The notes under the pieces: model-generated | Seen by the model: the letters and a program-made list of their open reading frames with translations, nothing else | Databases searched by the model: none | Told to the model about the DNA's origin: nothing | Program-made: the position numbers and the translations under genes | Shown here: in pieces, positions 1 to 10,176 of the stretch | Layout: the number at the start of each line of letters is the position of its first letter | Numbering within the stretch: position 1 is the stretch's first letter | From: Eledone cirrhosa | Lineage: Eukaryota | Direction: 5' to 3' | DNA: 64,000 bases | Assembly: GCA_964016885.1 (NCBI GenBank) | Contig: OZ024743.1 | Coordinates: 153,946,001 to 154,010,000 of the forward strand

Positions 1-3000
1 GTCAGCAATTTTCGGACACTGGACGAGTGCGTGCAGGACGGTTTCGTCGCCCTGCTCGCATCTCGGACATGCCCGGCTGACGGCACCTCCATGCCTGTAG
101 AGTTTATCCCGAACTGGCAAGGCTTCTCGGTAGCACTGCCAGGCCAGAGATTTCTGGAAGTTGTCCATAGGTCCCGGCCCGAAAGTTCTTCTGAAGAGAT
201 TGGCTAGTTGATTTTCGTCGACGCCTAGAGTTTCCCCAAGTACGACGTCGCGCTTCCTCTCCACTAATCCTCTATAGAACACCGAGGTGGAGTTTCCACC
301 GATCACATTGCCCGATTGGTCGAGGGCTGTGAGCGCCTGAAGACATTCCAGTCTCCAGGCGCTCCCCCTCGGTCTTCGCTTGACCCAGGACTGCAGCTCC
401 GTCAAGGAAACGAGCTGGGGAAATACCTGTCTAGCAAACGGCGACTACACCTGATCACCGTCGAGGAAGAGGTGGAGATGTCGTAGCCTGAGCGCGTGCC
501 TGCGCATCATCAGCCACGGCATGCCCAGCCCTCTACGTAGCGGGTGTTGACAACAGATGGACCGCCTGACCATCGGAGCGCGTCCCTTCCACAAAAAGCG
601 AAAGAGCAAACGCTCCAGCGCAGTCAGGCGAGGCTTAGGAGAAGGCACGACGGTCAGGCGGTAGCAGATGACGGACGCGATGTACGCGTTAGCCACCTCC
701 GCTCGACCTTTCAGGGATAGCTTCCTCTCGGCCCATTTCTGGGTGAGAGAAGCCACCCTGCTCGTCACCTCGTCCCAGTTTTTGTCCGTCTGGAGGTCCG
801 GACCGAACCAGACCCCTAGCAATTTAACCGGTCCGTCCGTCCAGCGTCCGATGACGCTGTTGGACGGCATGGACCTGCCTCTCCAGGTGCCGAGCTGCAG
901 GCCCACCGACTTTTCCTGGTTGATCAGTGCTCCTGTCACCGCTTCGTATTCTCTTAGTGTAGTGCCGATCGCCTCGATGTGTTTGGCGCTCGACACCACT
1001 ACGGTGACATCGTCCGCATATGCTGACACTGATCTTCCGCATCCTAGTTCGCGCGGGACTCCCCTCAACGTCTCCAGTTTGTGCAGTAATGGCTCGTGAG
1101 TCAATGCGTACAAGAGGGACGAGAGGGGACATCCTTGGCGGACCGAGCGCATGATGTTGAACGGTTCCGACAGGTGACCGTTCACTCTCACCACAGAGCA
1201 GATGTCGCTGTGCATGGCAGCGATCCAGCCTCTGAAGACGGGCCCAAAGCCAGCCGCCCTTAGGACGGCCGCTAGGTAACGATGGTCGACCCTATCGAAA
1301 GCTTTCGACTGATCTAAATTGATCAAGGACCCACCCGTGCCAGGTTCCTTAGCTACCCTCTCTATGATGTATCGCATGAGGTGGAGGTTGTCGTGGATGG
1401 ATCTGTCGGGAATGGCACATGTCTGCGCCTCTCCCACCAGACCACCAACGACAAGCGCCAACCTCTTTGCTAGCACCTTGGCCAAAATCTTGAACTCTGT
1501 GTTTAGCAGAGTTATGGGCCGGAAATTATCTATGTTATCCCCCTTGTTCGGATCCTTTCTCAGCAGTGCCACCGCTCCTCGGCTCACAGAACTGGGAATT
1601 CTCCCGTTCTGTTGCCAGTTGCAGTAGACGTCCGCCAAGAGGCCTCTGAACAAGTCTGGCATCTGTACGTAAAGTTCATAGGGCAGACCATCCAAACCAG
1701 GCGATTTACCCCTTGTGCAGCCAGTCATTGCCTCCCTTACTTCAGCGGCTGTTATCGGCTTTTCGCAACACCTCGCCTCAGTGGCCGAGAGCCGCGGCAG
1801 TCCATGGAGGTAGACACTAAATCCATCCCTCTACCCGGCCCACCGCTTCCCCCGAACAGCTGAGCGAAGTGTCGCTGAAAAGCTTCACACATTTGCCCGG
1901 GATCGAGTAGCATGCGCCCGTCGTGGTCCACCAAAGACCGGATCGTGGCTTTGTTGCCACGACGCGCCTCCGCCACTCGGGCCCATTGAACGGCTTTCGT
2001 CCCCTCGTCTCTGAGAGCACACACCCTTGCTCTGAAAACGCAGCCTTCGTGCCTTGCATTGAAAAATTGGTCAAGGGCCAATTTCGCCGCAAGCACGTCG
2101 GTCGCAATGCCTTTGCTAAGCGCCTCGTCTAATTTTCTAACTAGTTCTCCCTCTGCTCTATTTTTCTCTATTGCTAAAGCCTTACTAAACCTAATCGATT
2201 CTATTCTAATCGTTCTTTTCAGAGCAAACCACCACTTGTTGTTGACGATGGCCCCCGTCAACGCCCGCTTAACTAGTTCGCTAATCCGGTCTCTGTAGGC
2301 CTTGGACGCTGGTAAGGACGCGTTTAGCTTCCAGTAGCCGGGTCCTCGTCTATGAAGCCTATCTAAGTCAAGCACATAGATCACGAATTTGTGGTCCGTG
2401 TAGCTGACTATCTTGAATTGTGGACAGCCTATGCTAGACCTATCTATTTCCCTACAAAATACTCTATCTAGATATGATCTGGATGACCCTATGCTGTTTG
2501 TCCAAGTCCACATTGGCACATTCGGGAAATCCAATCGGTACCTGTCAGACAGTTCAAAACGCCTGAGCAGGTTGGTGAGGCTCTTGCACCCTCCACCCCT
2601 ATCCGCTAATCCCACACAGTCCCAGCGTGCATCTAAGATCCCGTTCCAGTCGCCCACTAACACTAAAGAGCGGGACGTTCCAAGAAAGGTCTCCAGACGC
2701 CGGAAGAAATCAGGCCGCCCTGCTCCTGTCGGGGCATAGACGGCCACTAGCCTGAAAGCTTGCCCGTCTCCGCTGGTCACGTCCAGCACCACCAGCTTAC
2801 CCTCTGGGTCCAGGAAGATGGCCCGTATGGCGAGATCCAAACCTCTCCGAAAAAGCACAGCAACTCCTCCACCCGATCCAGGACGGCTGGGAGATGCGTA
2901 CACATCGTAGCCGCCGAAGATCGGTGCGAAGGCCCGTGCTTCGGAGATTCTGGTCTCGCTGATGGCCACTACAACTATGTTTAGTGACCTGATGTCGTTG

Positions 3001-3071
3001 AGCAGGTGACCCTGCTTCCACGACGACCCCAATCCACGCGCATTTATGCTGCCTATTCTGAGTGAGGTCAT
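1..3071 (-). pseudogene. Tx1 copy 1 ORF2 (APE endonuclease - reverse transcriptase - zf-RVT-like), frameshift near 1815 and in-frame TAG at 445-447
   Basis: APE motifs SINARGL, ISET, VYAP, GDWN, SYLDR, TDH. RT motifs KSPGLDG, FRPITLLN, LDQSKAFDRV, RQGCPLS, YADD, LLGV. The frame after the TAG stays open to base 1 and ends ...CPRCEQGDETVLHALVQC. Confidence 0.93.
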
Positions 3072-3106
3072 GTTTAAAATAGAGTGGAAAAGATGGGAAA
3101 GACCAC

Positions 3107-5210
3107 TTACCGTACTTTTGGTAGAGGAGGGATGGTTTTTACATCCCTTTTCACTTGATCGTCTGGTGAAGGGACCGTTGAATCGTCCCTTCGGCTGGTC
3201 GTCGGCTCTTCTAAGAGAATGTCTGAATATACTCTTCGATTGATGGTTCCTCCTAGGTCCCTGAAATCACCAACTGCGTTGGGGAATTTCGTTTTAATGT
3301 TTGTGTATTGTTTCTGTGCTATTTTTAGCAGTCTTATGTTAGTTGGCGTTTTGATTGGTGCTGGTATTATGTAGTCCTGTTGTGAAATGTCTGTGTGTTC
3401 AATTATGTAAGTCATTAGTTTCTTGTTGTGTGTATTTATTGCCGTGCATTTGTTTTTCTGGGGGTGGGGTGTGGTTCTGCTATTTTCTTGTCGTTGTTGC
3501 TGGGTGTGTGTGTTTTGTTGTTGTGTTTGCGATGTTGGTGCTTGTGGTGGTGGTGTTGAAGGTGTTGTTGGCGGTGGGGTTGTCGCCGGTGGTGATAGTG
3601 GTGCTAGTGTGGGTGGTGATGGTGTTGGTGGTGTTGCTGCTGTGGGTCTCTTTGCAGTAGACTTTACCCTTTTCTCATTTCTTTCCTCCCTTTTCAAAGG
3701 CGACGATGCGCTGCTTCTGCGTTTGTGCCTTCTTACGACCTTTTGCCATCCCTCTCCCACCTCACACTCCATGTCTGATTCTGTGAGGTCGGGGAGGGGT
3801 ACCAGCTCCACTCTTTCACTTGTTGTTGTTGGTGATATTTGCACTGGAGTCTCTGTTGCAGCTGCATTTGGTATTGCTGTTGTTGTTGTTAATATTTCCA
3901 CTGCTGCTGCTGTTTTTGATTTCCGTGGAGTGGGTATGGGTGCCACGGGCCTATCGTTCCTGATTGCCGCTTGTCCTGTTGCTGGTAGCCGTGGAGCCGG
4001 ATTCGGAAGGAGGGGAGTTTTCTCCTTTCTCAGGGTCTTCTCGTTGCAGAAGGCCCTGAGGTGAGTCTTCGATCCACAGCGAAAGCATTTCGGGCGTTTG
4101 CCCTCAACACTTATGGGCAGTTGAGTGCCGTTATCGAAGTCTATCACATCCGGGATAGCTTCGATGCACTCCTGGTTGGTTTGGATTAGCATCTCAATGG
4201 AGGTGCCGACCCAATCTTCTCTTACTCTTTTCTGTACTTGCAGTACAGTTGTTTTGTCCTCGATTCCGACGAGGACAGACGCGGCCAGCCAAGAAGGGGC
4301 CATTCCGGCGGGGGACGTGGGTCAGTTTGACCCTCACAATTTTTTGCCCGCAGTAGGAGGGCACCAACACCATTTCCTCGCTCCTTAGGGTCACTACTGA
4401 TTGGGCCTTTGCCTCCTGGGGTGTGGCAAAAAGTACGTCTACGGTGGCATATTTTTTGCCTCGGGTGATGTGCGTTTTCCGCTGCCACACAGACCCCAAG
4501 GCTTTTTGTATCTGAGCCTCTGTGGCTCTTTCCACCCTACGGGATTTTGTACTTACTGTACGGTACGTGACCGTACAGTGCTGTTGGGTTTCGAAAAATT
4601 TTTCCGCTGCCTTGCAGATTGCTCGGTGTCCATTCTTTGTCACCATCTTCTTCGCTTGCTCTAATTCCTCATTTGTTATGAGGATTGTTTCCAAGATTTT
4701 CGCAATGCCTGCAAATGAGATTGGTTTTTCTTTGCTGCTATTGTTGTTGTTGTCGTCAGAGCTGCTGGTATTTTTGTTGTTGCTGCAAGTACTACGACTA
4801 CTGCCTCCGCCGCTGTTGCTGTGGTTGTTGTTGGTGTTGCTGCTGCTAATGCTGTTGTTGTTTATGCTGCTGGTGATGCTGTTGCGGCTGCTACTGTTGT
4901 TTTCATTGTCACTGTTGTTGTTGTTATTACGGCTGCTACTGCTATTATTCCTGACGTCAGACGAATGAACTGGGTTTTCGTATTTCCCGCACACCTGTTT
5001 CGTCGCTGTCGTCGTCGTCGTGGAGAAACCTTGCACGCTTTGCACGAGACTTTTCTTTTCTTTCGTCACTTGCGAAAGAGAAGGGAGGGAGAGAGACACA
5101 TTTAAAGAAGGGAGGGAGAGAGACAATCTTCTCTCTGCTGTAGTGATGATTGAGGAAGAAGAAGACGGAATGAGTGGGAGTGACGTATGACATTTCTTTT
5201 TCGTAGCCAT
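3107..5210 (-). pseudogene. Tx1 copy 1 ORF1 (gag-like nucleic-acid-binding protein), one frameshift near 4310
   Basis: ORFs 4194..5210 and 3107..4303 join at ...VKLTHVP / MAPSWLAASV. Contains an Asn/Ser low-complexity tract, the zinc knuckle CFRCGSKTHLRAFC and a Pro/Thr-rich tail. Stop lies 35 nt before the ORF2 ATG. Confidence 0.85.
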
Positions 5211-5459
5211 GTTGTTTTTTGTTTAAAATGAATATTGGGTACAAAACCCCAATAACTGGTTATTTAACCCCGAAGGGCCAAATAACGGACAGAAAGACCC
5301 CTCTCACGAGGAGGAGGGTGTCTTTATCAACAATTTGGTTCAAGTTTTAAACAATTTACAATTGTTTTAACGGTTAAAAATTACTATACCTTACAGAGCC
5401 GAGCCTCCGTCAACCATGGCATTCAATAATAATAATAATAATGATACCTAATAATGATA

Positions 5460-5727
5460 CTTATCGCAAATCCCAGGAAACCCGCGTATAGGAGAAATAC
5501 AAAAGATAGTACTAATGGGAACTGCCCATATACTAAGGAAGATTCTGTCAATATAAGTACATCACAAGTCTAAAGTCTAAAGATGCATGTGTGAGTATGT
5601 ATGTTCTTTCTTGAACATGGCGGACCTTGTTGTCTCTTGAGGTCACTGGTTGTGACTTGGTGATAACTCGTATGAAGATAGCAAGATAAATGCAACTGTA
5701 ATAATAATAATAATAATAATAATAATT
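5460..5727 (+). mobile_element. Extreme 3' fragment of a Dong/R4-clade retrotransposon (second subfamily) with (TAA)n tail
   Basis: Translates EIQKIVLMGTAHILRKILSI* (stop 5554-5556), homologous to LQKACLLGTAITLRYVLNI* at 10078. A short UTR and (TAA)n at ~5698-5726 follow. Confidence 0.75.
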
Positions 5728-5796
5728 TTGGATCAGGAATGTTAGAGTCGAAAAGGAGAAAAATGACTAAATAGCTAAATAGCTAAAGATAATTTC

Positions 5797-6065
5797 ACCA
5801 CCAACACCACCACCACTACCACGATGAAAAATCTGGTCAAGTCCCCTCAACCGCTATTTCTACTCCAACTTCAACACCATCACCACAGTACTACTATCAC
5901 ATCACCACCACAACTGCCTCATTATCGCTACCGCCGCTATTCTCTCCCACTGCCTCCTGCTAGGTGCTGCTAGCACAGTACCGCCACCACCACCCCACCA
6001 CTGCCTCATTATCACTACCGCCGCTATTCTCTCCCGCTACCCCCTGCTACATCGTAGTGTCCCCA
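5797..6065. repeat. (CAC)n-rich low-complexity tract with an internal ~37 bp duplication
   Basis: ACTGCCTCATTATC(G/A)CTACCGCCGCTATTCTCTCCC occurs at ~5913 and ~6000. Confidence 0.7.
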
Positions 6066-6339
6066 CTAAAAGAGGAAGGCATCAAAATATATAAATAGAC
6101 TGAATTGATGACCCGGTCAAAATAAAAAAAAAACAAAAATAAAAATCAAAGCAGCACAGCAACAACGAAAAACGTAAAGAAAAGAAAAATGAAGAGAAGA
6201 ACAAACAGACGGACAGAGAAGGGAAGGGAAAAACTAAGTCAGACATTCAAACATTATATTACAATGAAACTTATGCTTATTCATTTTTTTTTGTTTTGCC
6301 TGTTTGTTTGTTTGTTTATTTATGTTCGTCTACAGCGTG

Positions 6340-9300
6340 ATAATGCCACACAAAAATCACCGGGAGTGACGAAATCACCGGATGTGATGAAATCACCGGT
6401 GGTTATGTAACCATACATTCACCAATCCTCGATAAGAGTGTTTAAAAGTCGAACTTAAACAGTTCGAATAACGGTGAAATGGAGACTAGAATGTCATGTA
6501 ACAGACTCTCACCCAACAGGTGCTCCCTGGCTCAGCAGCAGGGACCTGGCTTTCAACCAAATACTGCTGGTGTCGGACGAAGAAGAAGAAGGAAAGGGAC
6601 CAGAACCAACTGGACGAAAGAATTGAATAGAACTGTTATGCAATGTTACCTGAAGAGTAACCCCAAGGAGAAAGACTAGTGGAAACGGATGCATAACATC
6701 TGTAACGAGATTGGTCTATTTAAATTAGATGAACAAAAATTGGCCGGGCAGGCTCGGGTAAGAAGAACTAATGGGTGGATAAACGAGCTGGAACTGGAGG
6801 AACTGAGCAGAAAGATTAGCTTGGAGATGAGGAGGGGAGTATGCCAGGCAAACGAGCCAGGGGGAAATGAAGGTGAAAAGGTCGAGGGAACGGAGGAACC
6901 ACCCGAAGCAGACAATGATCTGAATGCTGAGATAAATAATACCTGGAACAGAGATACGGCCACTGAGGAGATGAATGCTGACGGGCTAGGCCAAGATTTG
7001 GTTGATATCCTAAACATAGTGGTAGATGAATTGAACAATGATAGTGGGAAACCTATGAACCTAAGATTTGTAGACAGGAAAAAGTTAAAAGAAACAACAG
7101 CTAAGGTAAACAAAGTCATCCCATACCTTGAGGCGAGGAGCCTTCACCAGTGCAACACTATCCTCAAAGTAACAGCAAATACGGTGAGGAAACTACTTGG
7201 TATACAAGCGAGAGGAAACAACAGACAAGAAAGATCAGAGCCTTGGTGGAAGAAACAACTGAGTGGTCAAATCAGGGAAATGAGAAATGACATTGGAAAT
7301 GACATTGGAAAGCTGAATGGGACACTAAAAAATATAGACACTAAAAATAGACTGGAAATAAAGTACAAAACTAGGAGGAAAAAGCTAAATATTATCATAG
7401 AGGACTTTAGCAACGCATTGTAGCAAATAGTGCAAAAATCAGGCGATACGAGAACAGAGTCAGTCAGTATAGACAGAACTGCATGTTCGACAACAACCAG
7501 AAGATGCTGTTTGGACAGCTTGAAGGGAAAGAAAGAGGCAACGACTTGATCCCTGAGGCGGAACAAGCTAAAATATTCTGGAGAGGAATATGGGAGCAGG
7601 ATGTTAAACATAATGACCAGGCAGTGGGGATTGAGACAGTACAGAAGGAGATCAGTGAGCAGGCACACCAACAAACTGATTTGATTATCACAGTTGAAAC
7701 TCTTAAGGGGCGCAGTTCTGATAATGAAAGACCGAATCAAGGGTAATGATGTTACCTATCACATGTCTGTCCGTAATGTGGAAACTGTTGACAAGCATTA
7801 TGTCTGAGGAAATCTACCATCACCTCCACACAAACAACTTGTTACCGGACGAACAGAAAGGATGCGGAAAGAAGTCACGTGGTACAAAGGACCAGTTACT
7901 TATTGATAAGATGGTAATGAGGAAACTCTTAAGGGGCAGGCCAAAAAACTAACCAACTGGAAATCACCAGGCCCAGATGGTGTGCAGGGATATTGGATTA
8001 AAAATATAACATCCCTTCACCCGAAACTGACAACCATGTTCAATGAATGCTTGATGTCAGGTGAGGTACCAGAGTGGTTGACAAAAGGTACCACAGTTCT
8101 GATAATTAAAGACCGAATCAAGGGTAATGATGTTACCAACTATAGACCTATCACATGTCTGTCCGTAATGTTGAAACTGTTGACAAGCATTATGTCTGAG
8201 GAAATCTACCATCACCTCCACACAAACAACTTGTTACCGGACGGACAGAAAGGATGCCGAAAGAAGTCACGTGGTACAAAGGACCAGTTACTTATTGATA
8301 AGATGGTAATGAGGAATTGCAAGAGGAGACACACTGGTCTTGCCATGGGATGGGTAGACTACAAAAAGGCATTTAACATGGTGCCTCATTCTTGGATCAC
8401 CAAAAGCCTGGAGATAACATCAGGCAGTTGTTGGGCAAAAGTATGAATTCCTGGAAAACAGAGTTAACATCAACTGGAGAATCCTTGGGAAGCGTGAAGA
8501 TCAAGAGAGGTATCTTCCAGGGAGATAGTCTGTCCCCTCTGTTGTTTGTCCTTGCCCTGATGCCCCTGATCAGTGTACTGCGAAAAGTGAGAGCAGGATA
8601 CAGGTTGGGAAAGGGAGGGCTTACCATCAATCACCTCCTCTTCATCGACGATCTTAAGCTCTTCGAGAAGAGTGAGAAGGGGTTGGATGTGCTTGTTGAC
8701 ACTGTCCGTATTTTCAGCAATGATATATGTATGAAAATATTAGTAAGTGTGGGGTTATTGTGATGAGGAGGGGTAAGTTGAGCAGAAGTAACGGAATCCA
8801 GATACCAACAGGTGAGATGATAAAAGAAATTGACTCTGAGGAGGGATACAAGTATTAGGGTGTTCTGGAGGCTGATGTCATCAAGAACAAAAAAAATGAA
8901 GGAATTGATAAGAACTGAATACATTCGGAGAGTAAGGCGCGTATTAAAGTCACATCTGAACAGTAGGAATGCCATAAGTGCAGTAAATTCCCGAGCTGTG
9001 TCTATTATTAGGTACAATGCGGGAATTCTGAGATGGAATGTTGCTGAACAAAAAGAAATGGATAGGAAGACTAGGAAGCTGTTGACTATCTACAATATGT
9101 TCCACAAGAGGAGTGATGTCGATAGACTCTACGTAAGGAAATCTGAGGGTGGAAGATGTCTTATCAGCGTAGAGGACTGTGTTCAGATGGAGAAAAACAA
9201 CCTACACAAATACGTGACTGGTAGTAAGGAGCCAATGCTCAGAACTGTACTGAAGGAGGGGACAATAGGCCAGGGGATGTCCAAGGAGGAAATAACATCA

Positions 9301-10176
9301 AGGAGAAAGAGCAGCCTTCAGGAAAAATCCCTTCATAGTACCTTCTTTGAGAAAACTGAATTTAGAGATCCACAGACATGGAACTGATTTAAAAGAGGAG
9401 ACCTTAAAAAGGCTACAGAAGGAATGTTAATGGCTGCGCAGGAGCAGGCCCTCAAAACGAAGTCATTGAAACACCACATTTACAAGGAGGAGGCTAGCCC
9501 ACTGTGCAGGATCTGTGGAGAGAGAGAGGAGAATGTCGCTCACATTGTATCCGAGTGTAAACACCTAGCCCAGACTCACTATAAGGGCTGGAGACATGAT
9601 GTGATGGGCAGGGTGATCCACTGGCACCTATGCAAAGTAAACAATATACCACATTCTGAGAAGTGGTATGAGCATAAGCCAGAGTCGGTGATAGAAAACG
9701 ATCAGGTGATGGTGCTGTGGGATTTTAGGATACAGACGGACAAGAAACTGGAACACAATAGACCTGACCTGGTGGTTTTGGACAAAGAAAACAAGATCGT
9801 GCCTGATTGTGGATGTGGCATGCCCATTCGACACGAGAGTACAAGAGAAGGAGAGGGAGAAAATTAACCGATATCAGGACTTAAAGTGGGAGGTAAAAAG
9901 GATTTGGAACTGCCATGAAGTCAAAGTGATCCCGATTGTCATAGGCGCACTAGGGACTATCTCAAAAAGTTTCCAGAGATGGTTTAAGAAAATTGGCCCC
10001 TTCACGCTTTTTGGAACGCTTCAAAAGGCATGCTTGCTGGGAACAGCAATAACCCTCCGATACGTCCTGAATATCTGAGGCCGCAGGTAGTGGCTTGATA
10101 TTCATCTCAACAAACTTTCCAGTTAACTAACATCAATGACTGAGACTCAAAGAGCGATATTAATAATAATAATAAT
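6340..10176 (+). mobile_element. Dong/R4-clade non-LTR retrotransposon, near full length, multiply frameshifted
   Basis: One broken ORF from 6479 to 10078: NWKSPGPDGVQGYW, YRPITCL, WVDYKKAFNMVPHSW, GIFQGDSLSP, FIDD (8641-8652), CCHC (CRIC...HIVSEC) and RLE (RPDLVV...DVACP...KINRYQDL). An ~80 bp UTR and (TAA)n at 10161-10176 follow. The 5' boundary is uncertain. Confidence 0.92.

Larger units (their letters stand above)
1..5424 (-). mobile_element. Tx1-type (L1 clade) non-LTR retrotransposon, copy 1; 5' end present, 3' end runs off the window
   Basis: Two-ORF layout on the minus strand: ORF1 with a CCHC knuckle, ORF2 with APE endonuclease, RT (YADD) and a C-terminal Cys/His motif. The 5' end GAATGCCATGGTTGACGG abuts (AAT)n at 5425-5442 and matches the 5' end of copy 2 at 15697. 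Confidence 0.93.

Noticed and set aside
3355-5105. Long + strand ORFs rich in V/G/C/L (e.g. 3423..4064, 4522..4968; likewise 13659..14432 and 14766..15239)
   Set aside because: Antisense shadows of the low-complexity Tx1 ORF1; no independent evidence.
5232-5424. HDV-like ribozyme in the Tx1 5' UTR
   Set aside because: GGCTAA follows the UUCG loop only in copy 3 (GGTTAA in copies 1 and 2) and I could not build the nested pseudoknot; kept only as a hairpin finding.
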